A stretch of DNA of 64,000 bases, taken from Candidatus Micrarchaeota archaeon. GTDB lineage: Archaea; Micrarchaeota; Micrarchaeia; Anstonellales; Bilamarchaeaceae. The notes under the pieces were generated by a model. That model searched no databases. It had not been told where the DNA came from and saw only the letters and a list, made by a program, of their open reading frames with translations. The translations under genes and the position numbers were made by a program. Shown here piece after piece: positions 33,104 through 42,938 of this stretch. The stretch covers positions 1,079 through 65,078 of the forward strand of contig JBFLYM010000003.1 of NCBI GenBank assembly GCA_040757035.1, written 5' to 3'. Positions within the stretch are counted from its first letter, which is position 1, and each line of letters opens with the position of its first letter.

Positions 33104-33163
33104 ACTGTGTACTGTTGACCGATTTTTCATCGCTTAAAGCTCTGACGGCCATCCGTACACAGT
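33104..33163 (-). ncRNA. Candidate structured RNA element (long hairpin with tandem G.A pairs)
   Basis: ACUGUGUAC/GUACACAGU 9-bp stem, UGGCCG/CGGUCA stem, UCA-GA-GCU/AGC-GA-UGA apex, then a U-tract. Confidence 0.5.
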
Positions 33164-33165
33164 CA

Positions 33166-33591
33166 TTAACGTTGTGCTATATCTCTTTCTTCAATCAGAT
33201 CAATAACAGAAGGCAATAGACGCGCAAGATCTCCTTCGCTTAAGATTCCTATTAGTTCATTATGGTTATTCACAACTGGAAGTCGCTTTATTTTATTGTC
33301 CTTCATCACTTTTGCTGCATCTTCAAGCGTTATATCAGGTTTAATCACTCTGAGCGGTTTTGACATTACATTATCAACTTTCAACTTTAAGATATCTTTA
33401 TCTAGCGCAATAGCTTTATGTATGATATCGCGTTCTGTTATTATCCCAATCGCATTTTTTTCGTCTACTATAAGAATAGAACCAACATCATACTCTTTCA
33501 TTAATTTTGCGGCTTTAGGTAAAGGACTACCTTTATCTAACATTATAACCGTTTTCGTCATTACGTCTCCTACTTTTAATTCTGAACTCAT
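33166..33591 (-). CDS. CBS-domain pair protein
   Basis: KVGDVMT, GIITERD, VMSKP, IKRLPVV and GILSEGD. Confidence 0.92.
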   Translation of the reverse strand: MSSELKVGDVMTKTVIMLDKGSPLPKAAKLMKEYDVGSILIVDEKNAIGIITERDIIHKAIALDKDILKLKVDNVMSKPLRVIKPDITLEDAAKVMKDNKIKRLPVVNNHNELIGILSEGDLARLLPSVIDLIEERDIAQR

Positions 33592-33611
33592 AATTTCAAT
33601 TTTGTTAAAAA

Positions 33612-33648
33612 GGATTTATAAATCCACAGCAAGACTGGTTTATAAATC
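33612..33648. promoter_or_regulatory. Palindromic TATA-like elements in a divergent intergenic region
   Basis: Perfect palindrome GGATTTATAAATCC (33612-33625) and a second GGTTTATAAATC 25 bp downstream. Confidence 0.4.
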
Positions 33649-33791
33649 TTTCGCTACTATCGGCTTTGTTAGGCTACCCGCCAATTTGTTCGAATAAAAA
33701 AAATATATATTTTTAATTAATTAGTGGACAATATATTATAAGCATAAAGCAATCACCGGATTATTTTGTATGCTAAAGTGCGGTGATAATT

Positions 33792-34052
33792 ATGAATATT
33801 GAACAAAGAGTAACTGAGATAGAAAAAAGAAACACACGAGTGGAGGTGGATAAAGCATGGGAAACGAGCTTTACAAGAAAAGTACTTATTGCAATACTAA
33901 CTTATGTTACAATAGTCTTATTCTTCCTTGTAGCCAAACTACCAAATCCATTTATCAATTCAATTGTTCCAACAGCAGGATTTGTACTTTCCACATTATC
34001 GCTGTCTTTATTCAAAAGAATATGGATTAAGTATATTCGTAAAAGCTCTTAA
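33792..34052 (+). CDS. Small 2-TM hypothetical protein
   Basis: IEKRNTRVEVDKAWETS followed by two hydrophobic helices; GGTGA ribosome-binding site. Confidence 0.75.
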   Translation: MNIEQRVTEIEKRNTRVEVDKAWETSFTRKVLIAILTYVTIVLFFLVAKLPNPFINSIVPTAGFVLSTLSLSLFKRIWIKYIRKSS

Positions 34053-34071
34053 TGATTTTCTCTGGTTTAGA

Positions 34072-34145
34072 TCCACCAACCATAATGCACGTTTGTTCAT
34101 TGGCGGTACTCGAAAAACACCGAATTACTTAGTTGGGGGAGTATA
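34072..34145 (+). repeat. Dispersed 74-bp structured repeat, copy 1 (IS200/IS605 right-end-like)
   Basis: 65/74 identical to 45014-45087; overlaps the stop codon of the 838-aa ORF. Confidence 0.85.
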
Positions 34146-36641
34146 TTTTTTGTATAAATCATTAAGTTCTTCTAAAGTTGGCTCACCTTTTTTATCTTCT
34201 TTATCTTCTTTTTTCCATACAATATACGAAACAAAAAAAGGTAGGTGAAATACCTTATATGCCTGAGAATAAGATGTTATATTTTCAGCTATATCTGTAC
34301 CTGAAAAATTATCAGTGGCTTTTTTATCTGATTCATCTAATTTTTGTATATAATCCTTATATTCGTTCCAAAGGTTTTCCATTTCTTGTTGATTTGTATT
34401 CTTACTTATCTCTAGGTTGTATTTTGTTAGAATAGACATTGCCGTTTGTTTAGCTTCATCACCAAATTCTATCTTTTTAAGTGTTCCAACAAACGGATTT
34501 TTCATATTTCCAATTTCATCAGCTTCACCAGTAATTTTGCGAATAGGAATTCCTTCGTTTTCTTTTTTACTTATTTTGATTTCTTTGATTTTTATCGGTC
34601 TCACGTTTCTTGTAATTTCCTTCTTTTTCTTCATCTCTATCATCTCCTTATTTTCAATTGGTATCATCCCAATATTCTTCGTGCGATATTCCTTCAGCCA
34701 TAAAAGTACTGGGGACGTATCTCTTACCTCCCCAATTTTCTTCTTTCCACTTCTATCAAAAATTTCAGTGCCTTTTACATACTCATCATTGCCAACATTT
34801 TGAAGAGAATCCTTTTCATCTATGCATTTTGTTATTATACTAGCAACGACATTTTTCCCTATTTGTCCTTCTCCCCAAAGTTTTATCATTAAATTTATTT
34901 GATTTAAGAAATGCTGTTTTTCGTCATCCTTGGAAAATTCATAGTTTCTGAGTTTATCTTCAATAATTCTCCATCCACAGTCTTTAAATTTTTTAGTTTC
35001 AAGCGCTTTGGAAAGATTATTTACTATGTTGCATAATTTTGGTTTGATTACAGGTGCTTTTTTTTGCTTCTCTTCTTGTACTTGTTCTCGCCCTTGTTCT
35101 TCAATAAATTTATCTTTATCCTTTGTTTTATTATCTATGAATGTGCTGCTGTTCTGTATACCGATGCTCTTTGTGTTGTTTTTCCTGTATGTTTCCACCT
35201 TTCCAATTGCCTCAACTATTTCATTTAAATCTCTTCGTGGAACCGGGGTATTTGGAATTGCATATCCTTCTGGGGTTAGTTTTATTTGTCCGTTTTCGGT
35301 TTGTGGTAGTTTTGTTTTGAGATATTCACAAGAACGGTCAAGATCAAGATTTTGCGCTAATTCTTGACTCAAATTCATATTATTCTGTTCTTTTGAAAGT
35401 GCATCAATGGTTGTCTCAACATTTGTAATCGCGTTGGTTATTTTATCATTTATGTTTCTCTCTGCTAATTTTTTCTTTGAACGTAAAAATGTTGATGGAT
35501 TAAAAATATTCAATGAAATCGGCAGCCCTGAATATGCTATTGAGAATTCTATTTTATCTTCTTGATCTTTCAATTTTGCATAATCTGGCGTTGCTATTTT
35601 AGATGATATTGGAGATGATAAGAGATTTCTAATTCTTTTTTTCGCTGTATTAAAATTTCCACGTCCGATATCCATGCTTATTTTTTTATTCTCTTCTTTA
35701 ACAATGTCTGCTATTTTTTTAGGATCCGTTTCTTCTGTGCGAGATTTAAATTCCTTTACTTTAGTTGGAAATAGGCCATCATAAATATCTATAAGCTTTG
35801 CAATTGGATTTTTTACAAAGACTTCAAATGCAGTATTCCAAATATTTTGCGGAAATACCAGCTGCTTTGAAAGTTCAATAGCAAGGTTAGTTCCTTTTTC
35901 TTTGCTGCGTTCATTTGCTTTTGACCACGAAAGGGTTAGCACTCCTAATACGGTACCGAACCAATCCATACTTCTGCTGATTTTTTTTGTTAAGAAATTA
36001 TACCCCCAGCCAAATGGTCCTAATGAAAAACCGATTACAGTATTCCATAAACCGTGTTTTGGTTTTGACAATGAAACGTTTAATGGACCTCCGCCTCCTA
36101 TTCCTAGGTTCGTTCCTTTCTTTGAAATTTTTGCTGATACTCCTGATAACTCAACACTAGGTCCTAATCCATCTTTCGAATATTGCATTCCAATACGCGA
36201 TTTGGATTGAGGAGCAAAGACATTATATGATTCGTTTCCTAGGCCGATAGTTGTATCTACTGTTCCAAGTGTAGATACTTTAGTGCCAAAAGACCATCCT
36301 AAATATCTACACTTATAATCAGAGTAATTACTTTCGCGATATGCTGGGAAATGCGCTTTCAGAAAAAAATTGATTAAATCCTGATCTTTAATTTTTTTAT
36401 TTTTTGCTACTTCAGCTACCTTAAGCCATTCATCAAATTTATTTCCAATATCCGCAGATGAGTATTCTTTTTTACCCTGATCTGTAAATCTTGTTAAATC
36501 TACATAATCTGCTTTGATAGAACCATCCTTATATATTCCTTTTTGGGTAAGCGAATCTATTACATTCTTAAAGAGTCTATCTCTTGTTTCTTTCGTTTTG
36601 TCTAATAGAATTTCTTTTTCTTCTTTTTGACAAAAATCCAT
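34125..36641 (-). CDS. Large orphan protein (838 aa) with a Gly-rich beta-hairpin segment
   Basis: Long ORF with an AGTGA ribosome-binding site; no recognisable family. Confidence 0.75.
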   Translation of the reverse strand: MDFCQKEEKEILLDKTKETRDRLFKNVIDSLTQKGIYKDGSIKADYVDLTRFTDQGKKEYSSADIGNKFDEWLKVAEVAKNKKIKDQDLINFFLKAHFPAYRESNYSDYKCRYLGWSFGTKVSTLGTVDTTIGLGNESYNVFAPQSKSRIGMQYSKDGLGPSVELSGVSAKISKKGTNLGIGGGGPLNVSLSKPKHGLWNTVIGFSLGPFGWGYNFLTKKISRSMDWFGTVLGVLTLSWSKANERSKEKGTNLAIELSKQLVFPQNIWNTAFEVFVKNPIAKLIDIYDGLFPTKVKEFKSRTEETDPKKIADIVKEENKKISMDIGRGNFNTAKKRIRNLLSSPISSKIATPDYAKLKDQEDKIEFSIAYSGLPISLNIFNPSTFLRSKKKLAERNINDKITNAITNVETTIDALSKEQNNMNLSQELAQNLDLDRSCEYLKTKLPQTENGQIKLTPEGYAIPNTPVPRRDLNEIVEAIGKVETYRKNNTKSIGIQNSSTFIDNKTKDKDKFIEEQGREQVQEEKQKKAPVIKPKLCNIVNNLSKALETKKFKDCGWRIIEDKLRNYEFSKDDEKQHFLNQINLMIKLWGEGQIGKNVVASIITKCIDEKDSLQNVGNDEYVKGTEIFDRSGKKKIGEVRDTSPVLLWLKEYRTKNIGMIPIENKEMIEMKKKKEITRNVRPIKIKEIKISKKENEGIPIRKITGEADEIGNMKNPFVGTLKKIEFGDEAKQTAMSILTKYNLEISKNTNQQEMENLWNEYKDYIQKLDESDKKATDNFSGTDIAENITSYSQAYKVFHLPFFVSYIVWKKEDKEDKKGEPTLEELNDLYKKYTPPTK

Positions 36642-36694
36642 TTAATCACTAGTAAACCACAACACGTTTAGTCTCAAGGTTTAGAAATCATAAA

Positions 36695-39600
36695 TCAAAA
36701 TTTATAATATATTGGAATTCGTGCAGAACCTCCGAGTTCAAATATCCAAATTGAACCTTTGACGCCTGTTGGTATGTATTTATCCCATTCTTTGCGAATC
36801 CCAGCGTCTATATAGTAATTACGCCCAATACTTTTCTTAATCATAGAAAGGAATAAACCTATGCTGTGATATTTGATTGTTCCGCCTGTTTCTTTACTTG
36901 TATTTTTACCGCTTTCAAATTCACCTCCGCAGTCCATTGTGCAAATTGAACCATAATCATCTCCTGGTAAGAATAGCGTTACTGCTCCGCGCACAACATT
37001 TCTATTAAACTCTAATTCATTCATTTGGTTGGCATAGTATTTTCCATTTTCATATTTTATTGCAATATACTTGCCACTAGAACCCAACTTTTCACCATTT
37101 ATTATATAACCATTAGCGCTAAAAACCACTGCCTCTGCTGTCTTTATATCTTTGTTGAGCGTGCCTCTTGTTTCACGACTTGCTCCAACAATAATACCTT
37201 CACCGCCGTATGCGTTTTTTTCTTTATTTTTTTTATATCCTCCGTATAAAAGAAGTTTGCTTCCAAATTCATTATTTACTATTACACCGCCTGTTATAAA
37301 CGCGACTGCAAGATCAAGCGGTTTGATTATTTTTCCCCCAATTCCGCGAGTATTTCCCAATGAAGTTATGGCCTGCCAACCGCCGCCATTTGCGATCGCG
37401 TAGGCATTGAACATTTCCCCTTCTTTACCTATTATACTCTCAAAACCAAAAGTCTCTCCATCCTTAGTTGTAAGTTTATATTTAAATGTGCCCATATATT
37501 GCTCTGCGATTAGCAAATTTATTGCTTTTAGTTTTCCTCTTAAATTCTCTATTTCAGCGCGCGCATTTCTATAGTCCTCCCATGCTTTGGACAGTTCCTC
37601 ATCAGAAATTCCTGGTTTTGCGAGTGTTTCAGATGCTGTATTTATATTATTAATTTCGGTCGCTATATTGTCATTTATTGCTGATTGTGCTTGGACCGCG
37701 GTTGATTTTGATGTATGAGTGGAGAATTGAAGCTTATGACGTATAAGTTTTTGTAGGTTCGGTTCTGTCTTTTGTGATTTCTGCCATTTTCCTGGTGTTT
37801 CCCGCTCTTCTGATGTTTCCCACTCTATTGCGCCAGTCAGTGCATATTCTTTATCATTATTTCCAGTAGCATTTTTTACATAACTGCCAACTATCCATGC
37901 AAGATCGCTTCCAAGACCGATGTATGCGATATTAGTCCTTGCCGCGGTTTCTAAATTTGATAGATAGGTAATATATGCTGGATTGAATTCAACGTTGTTT
38001 GTTCTCCATGTAATATCTATGCCATATTGTTTATTTGCTCCATATACTAAATCCCAAAACGAAGCAGTAGTCTTATCGCTACTTTCCTGTTTAAAAGTGA
38101 GACCCATTTCCTTTTTATCTTCTTCAGAGTACGCCCTTATAAAAGTCATTGAGTGCTCCCCAGTTTTACTATCGGTTGTATCACTACCAATTATTGCGCC
38201 AAACTGTTCAGCAAGCGTTTCTGAATTCATACCTTTCAAAACCGCAGCACTAAGCCCTGATTTTGATTTTAATCCAACAACGAATGCTTCAAGTTTATTA
38301 TTATCAATGAGCGCGCGTACATCTGCGTTAGCACTAAAGTATACTAGAAACGTGCTTTTAATGTTATCAGCGGTTTCGTTAAATGTATAGCGATACCAAG
38401 TTCCATTGGTATTGCGAACATATGCTTTTACTAAGTAGCTGTTGTCAGCGTTTTTTTCGTAAAATAAGCGCGCAAAATTCTCTTTTGTTGGTTGTTTTGA
38501 GTTAAAATTAAAGTAGCTATCAAGAGCGGCGCGTAATTGGTCATTACATACATAAAATTCTCCTTTTTGAATTTCCTTCACCGGTTCTTCTGGGGTTTTA
38601 ATATCGTTAGCAATTATTCGGAAAGCCTTTTCAGCCTTTTCATCTTCATTAATATATACACCGCCGCTTATTGAGGCGCCTTCAGTACCTATCATTTCTA
38701 CTTGAGCAATAACAGATGTTTCTGATTTACCATTCTTTCCTTTGGCTATCGCGCCCCCACCCAAAGTAAGGTAGGTAAGCGTAGTAGGTAATTTTACAAG
38801 AAATGGAATCTCTTGGTTTGAAAGTTCGCGCACGAACTCATCAATCGAAGGTATAATATAAGTGACTTTTTTATATCCTTTATCAGGAATTAATTGAAAC
38901 GAATATGGCGAGAACTCATATAAAAATTTAGACAGTGTACGATCAGTTTCTCCACCACTCATTTTAGTTGTATCTGATTCATATGCCGAATCAATAGGCT
39001 GCAATGGGTTTAAAATATAAAAATCAAAAAGAGTACTAATAAGATTAGGGGAAATTTCAACTTCTGTTATTTTATCTGAAATGTTTTTTTCCATGGCTTC
39101 AATAAGCCGCTTCAATTCCGCTTTTGTAGGTTCTGGCACATTTTCAAGTAGTGCCGAAAAACTAGCTGGATCTTTGAGCGTTTGTTCTATAAATGCTTTA
39201 AATATTGCTTTCTGCGCTTCTTGAAACGCATCCTGAACACCAATTATTGTAAACGTAAACGCAGATCTTTCACGCGCTGCGCCAGCTCTATCATAAACTT
39301 CATTCAGTCTTAGTGCAATAGCTGGAATAATCCTTGTTCTTATTTCATCCAGACCATAAGCACCGCTTTCCACAATAGCTCTCAATGTTCCTTTTGTTGC
39401 TATTTTCTCCCCATCCACATAAACATTTTCTGCGAAAAGCGCGTAGTAAGATTGTTTTGGCATTACGGCGAGCGCTTCGCTAAGTCCAGGATTTTTCTGA
39501 TCTCCAATTAATATCCTAACTCCATCTACCCCCCAATTATCTTCCATTACAGGAAGGAACGAAAGGAATGCGCGTTGGGAAAGCAGGTCCATGCGTGAGA

Positions 39601-40501
39601 ACATATCTTCTCCTTCTGCTGAATATTTGCCAAAAAAATTTCCCCGTTCAACAAAAAAGGATTTGTTTAAAGTACTGTCTACAAATTTTTGAAGTATTCC
39701 TACTTCGCTCAACTTGTTTAGCAATGGTTTACCATGTTTATCTTTCGGGATATATTGTCCAAAATTTTCAATCATTTCATTTTTAGTCATGCCAAAATGT
39801 TTTCTAACGAAAAAATTCATAACAGCTTCTTGATTTTGACCAAAACTAAGCGAACTTTGAGGAGTATAAATATTGGTTCCTGAAGCTATTGAGATATAAT
39901 TTTCAACTTTGGCATAGCATTCATTATAGTTGGCTATAATATCATAAATAGTTGAACCATTTTCAAAAAATGAAGCGAAATCCGAAACATTTGAAAAGTT
40001 ATAACCTATTGTTTGTTTTAAAACGCTGCGTTCATTTTTATTAAATCCTACTGAAGAAAGGGCGGTTTCAATAGAGGTGGTATCTTTAGCTTTAGCAAAG
40101 AGGGCACAATAGTTATTTATCTTCTCTCTAATTTTCCCCTTCTTCAAATCTGGATCCTGCTCAATACCAGCAATTGTTTTGTTGTCGTTACTTAATATCG
40201 CGAGAATGAGATTCTTTGTGATATTCTGTGCAGTCAGAAGTTCTTCTAGTTTTCTAAGATTATTTTGTGCCTCTAAATTCTCCGGATTCAATTTTATTGT
40301 TTTTTTATAATCTTGTATTGCTAAATCGTATTTTCCTTGCTTCTCATAACACAGTCCGCGATTGAAATATGCGTCTGCATTCTTCGGATTCAATTCTATT
40401 GCTTTTGTATATTCTTGTATTGCTGAGTCATAATTTCCTTTCTTATATCCTTCATCATAATGATCTTCTACCACTGATTTTTGATATTTAACTGGTCCCA
40501 T
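36695..40501 (-). CDS. Giant protein (1268 aa): N-terminal TPRs, helical middle, beta-strand-rich C-terminal half
   Basis: Canonical TPRs (AIQEYTKAIELNPKNADAYFNRGLCY); AGTGA ribosome-binding site; ends ...IPIYYKF. Confidence 0.8.
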   Translation of the reverse strand: MGPVKYQKSVVEDHYDEGYKKGNYDSAIQEYTKAIELNPKNADAYFNRGLCYEKQGKYDLAIQDYKKTIKLNPENLEAQNNLRKLEELLTAQNITKNLILAILSNDNKTIAGIEQDPDLKKGKIREKINNYCALFAKAKDTTSIETALSSVGFNKNERSVLKQTIGYNFSNVSDFASFFENGSTIYDIIANYNECYAKVENYISIASGTNIYTPQSSLSFGQNQEAVMNFFVRKHFGMTKNEMIENFGQYIPKDKHGKPLLNKLSEVGILQKFVDSTLNKSFFVERGNFFGKYSAEGEDMFSRMDLLSQRAFLSFLPVMEDNWGVDGVRILIGDQKNPGLSEALAVMPKQSYYALFAENVYVDGEKIATKGTLRAIVESGAYGLDEIRTRIIPAIALRLNEVYDRAGAARERSAFTFTIIGVQDAFQEAQKAIFKAFIEQTLKDPASFSALLENVPEPTKAELKRLIEAMEKNISDKITEVEISPNLISTLFDFYILNPLQPIDSAYESDTTKMSGGETDRTLSKFLYEFSPYSFQLIPDKGYKKVTYIIPSIDEFVRELSNQEIPFLVKLPTTLTYLTLGGGAIAKGKNGKSETSVIAQVEMIGTEGASISGGVYINEDEKAEKAFRIIANDIKTPEEPVKEIQKGEFYVCNDQLRAALDSYFNFNSKQPTKENFARLFYEKNADNSYLVKAYVRNTNGTWYRYTFNETADNIKSTFLVYFSANADVRALIDNNKLEAFVVGLKSKSGLSAAVLKGMNSETLAEQFGAIIGSDTTDSKTGEHSMTFIRAYSEEDKKEMGLTFKQESSDKTTASFWDLVYGANKQYGIDITWRTNNVEFNPAYITYLSNLETAARTNIAYIGLGSDLAWIVGSYVKNATGNNDKEYALTGAIEWETSEERETPGKWQKSQKTEPNLQKLIRHKLQFSTHTSKSTAVQAQSAINDNIATEINNINTASETLAKPGISDEELSKAWEDYRNARAEIENLRGKLKAINLLIAEQYMGTFKYKLTTKDGETFGFESIIGKEGEMFNAYAIANGGGWQAITSLGNTRGIGGKIIKPLDLAVAFITGGVIVNNEFGSKLLLYGGYKKNKEKNAYGGEGIIVGASRETRGTLNKDIKTAEAVVFSANGYIINGEKLGSSGKYIAIKYENGKYYANQMNELEFNRNVVRGAVTLFLPGDDYGSICTMDCGGEFESGKNTSKETGGTIKYHSIGLFLSMIKKSIGRNYYIDAGIRKEWDKYIPTGVKGSIWIFELGGSARIPIYYKF

Positions 40502-40711
40502 AATATCACTAATATATTATTATAAGAAAGAATATTAAATATGTTGTACGTGCCTAACCACAGAGTAGCACTGGAAAGCATCTCCTCCGATATATTATAA
40601 TATATAATCAATAAATATCCTTATAACTTTTTTATAATTTTTGTGCCTGGAGTAATAGAATAATAAAATAAAAGCTGAAAAAACAAAAATTATAAATTTT
40701 GAGGTGAAAAT

Positions 40712-40966
40712 ATGGCAGAAGATGAAGGCTTTGAAGAAATAAAAGGAAGTGAAACAGAAACGCAAGAAATCTCAGGAATTGGAAAAAGACCAGAATTGCG
40801 CGTAGTTCAACCGGTTACAGACAGAGATGGAAAAACAGTATACAAAAGTGTCGGCGCAATGTGGAAAAGCGTAAGTAAAAATGGAAACGAATTCTATACG
40901 CTAAAAATAGGTGAATTGAGGCTTCTTGTATTTCCGAACACTCCTCGCGAACAAAATGACCTATAA
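40712..40966 (+). CDS. Small DUF736-like protein upstream of radA
   Basis: GAGGTGA ribosome-binding site; motif VGAMWKSVSKNGNEFYTLKI. Confidence 0.75.
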   Translation: MAEDEGFEEIKGSETETQEISGIGKRPELRVVQPVTDRDGKTVYKSVGAMWKSVSKNGNEFYTLKIGELRLLVFPNTPREQNDL

Positions 40967-40979
40967 ATAGGCGATTGCG

Positions 40980-41954
40980 ATGGCTGAAAAAAAAGAGGAA
41001 AAGGAGCAGAAATACAAAAAATATGAAGATTTAGAAGATCTTCCAGGGATAGGGCCTGCAACAAGTGAGCGGCTTAAGGCGGCAGGTTATAAAGATATTA
41101 CAAGCATCGCGTCGGCGAGTCCACATGAACTCGCCGAAGTTGGCGATTTTGGAGTTGAAGCAGCGAAAAAAGCAATAGAAACCGCAAAATCTGCAATTGA
41201 AATAGGATTTGAAACCGCGGATCAACTTAACGAACGAAGAAAAATGATAGGAAGAATAAAAACCGGTTCGGCCAACCTTGACGAACTTTTAGGCGGTGGT
41301 GTGGAAACGCAATCAATAACCGAATTTTTTGGCAGGTTTTCATCGGGAAAATCGCAAGTAGGTTTCCAACTCGCTGTTAATGTGCAAAAGCCAAAGGAAC
41401 AAGGCGGTCTTGGGGGGAAAGTAATATTCATAGATACTGAAAGCACTTTTAGACCAGACAGAATTATTCAGTTAGCCGAAATACAGGGACTGGATCCTAA
41501 CGAAGTACTTAAGAATATTTTTATCCAGCGCGCGGAAAATTCTGATCATCAAATGCTTTTAGCAGAAAAATGCGAATCGCTAATAAAAGAACATAATGTG
41601 AAATTGCTAATAGTAGATTCGCTGACTTCGCATTTCCGCGCAGATTATATAGGGCGCGGAGCGTTAAGCGACAGACAACAAAAACTTAATAAACACATTC
41701 ATCTTCTCCAAAAACTTGCTGATACATATAATATTGCGATATACATAACTAACCAAGTAATGGATAATCCAGCAATTATGTTCGGAGACCCAACCACCCC
41801 TATAGGAGGGCATGTACTTGCGCATGCGGCAACCTATCGCGTTTATGTGCGAAAAAGCAAAGATGAAAAAAGAATTGCGAGGTTGGTAGATTCACCAAAT
41901 CTTCCTGATACCGAATGCGTGTTTAAAGTAACCGCAGAAGGGATCGTTGATTGA
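40980..41954 (+). CDS. radA: DNA repair and recombination protein RadA
   Basis: N-terminal Hh[23 protein letters not shown] and [10 protein letters not shown]. Confidence 0.97.
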   Translation: MAEKKEEKEQKYKKYEDLEDLPGIGPATSERLKAAGYKDITSIASASPHELAEVGDFGVEAAKKAIETAKSAIEIGFETADQLNERRKMIGRIKTGSANLDELLGGGVETQSITEFFGRFSSGKSQVGFQLAVNVQKPKEQGGLGGKVIFIDTESTFRPDRIIQLAEIQGLDPNEVLKNIFIQRAENSDHQMLLAEKCESLIKEHNVKLLIVDSLTSHFRADYIGRGALSDRQQKLNKHIHLLQKLADTYNIAIYITNQVMDNPAIMFGDPTTPIGGHVLAHAATYRVYVRKSKDEKRIARLVDSPNLPDTECVFKVTAEGIVD

Positions 41955-42910
41955 AAATGAACAAAATATCTTGCGAAACGCTGAATCTATGCAAAATAAA
42001 ACCACCCTGTTTGCTTTCAATGACTGAGTTGAAAAAAGATGAGATAGAAGCACTATTAGAGCTTGCTATATCATTAAAGAGCAATCCAAAACATTATGCA
42101 AAGGCGCTAGAAGGAAAGACGCTGCTTATGCTTTTTGAAAAACCATCGCTGCGCACAAGGTTGAGCTTTGATGTTGGTATGAAGCAATTGGGCGGAAATA
42201 CGTCTATATTTGATGCCGAACAAACTCCTTTAGGTGCGAAAGAAACAATAGAAGATACCGCAAAAGTATGCGGTAGCTATGTGGATTGCATAATGGCGAG
42301 ACTTTATGAACATGAAAAGTTAGTTAAGCTTAGCGAAAATGCGGGAATTCCTGTGATAAATGGTCTTACCAATGATGAGCATCCTGTTCAAGTGCTTTCA
42401 GATTTGCTCACTATAAAGGAAAAAAAGGGAAAACTCGCAGGATTAAAGATGTGCTATTTGGGCGATGGTAAAAATAATGTCACGCATTCCCTTCTTATCG
42501 GTTGTGCGATAATGGATATTGATATTTCTGTGGGATGTCCGAAAGATGCGATGCCAAAAAAAGAGTATGTAAATAAAGCAAAAGGTTTTGGGAGCGGAAA
42601 AATAGCAATAACTGCGGATCCGATCGAAGCAGTAAAAAATGCGGATATAATTTATACGGATTCGTGGATGAGTTACCATATTGAACCTTCAGAAAAAGAA
42701 GACAGGGTAAAAAAATTCATGCCATATCAAGTTAACAGCGAAAAAGCGAAATATGCGAAAAGCAATTTCCTATTCATGAACTGCCTCCCTGCAATGCGGG
42801 GCTGCGAACAAACAGCAGAAATAATTGACGGTCCACATAGCATAGTCTTCGATCAGGCAGAAAATAGACTACACATGCAAAAAGCGATACTATTAAAATT
42901 ATTAAGATAA
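41951..42910 (+). CDS. argF: Ornithine carbamoyltransferase (SLRT / DSWMSYH / NCLP variant)
   Basis: [26 protein letters not shown] and QAENRLH. Confidence 0.9.
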   Translation: MKMNKISCETLNLCKIKPPCLLSMTELKKDEIEALLELAISLKSNPKHYAKALEGKTLLMLFEKPSLRTRLSFDVGMKQLGGNTSIFDAEQTPLGAKETIEDTAKVCGSYVDCIMARLYEHEKLVKLSENAGIPVINGLTNDEHPVQVLSDLLTIKEKKGKLAGLKMCYLGDGKNNVTHSLLIGCAIMDIDISVGCPKDAMPKKEYVNKAKGFGSGKIAITADPIEAVKNADIIYTDSWMSYHIEPSEKEDRVKKFMPYQVNSEKAKYAKSNFLFMNCLPAMRGCEQTAEIIDGPHSIVFDQAENRLHMQKAILLKLLR

Positions 42911-42938
42911 AAGATTGACATAAAAAGGTTGATATATT

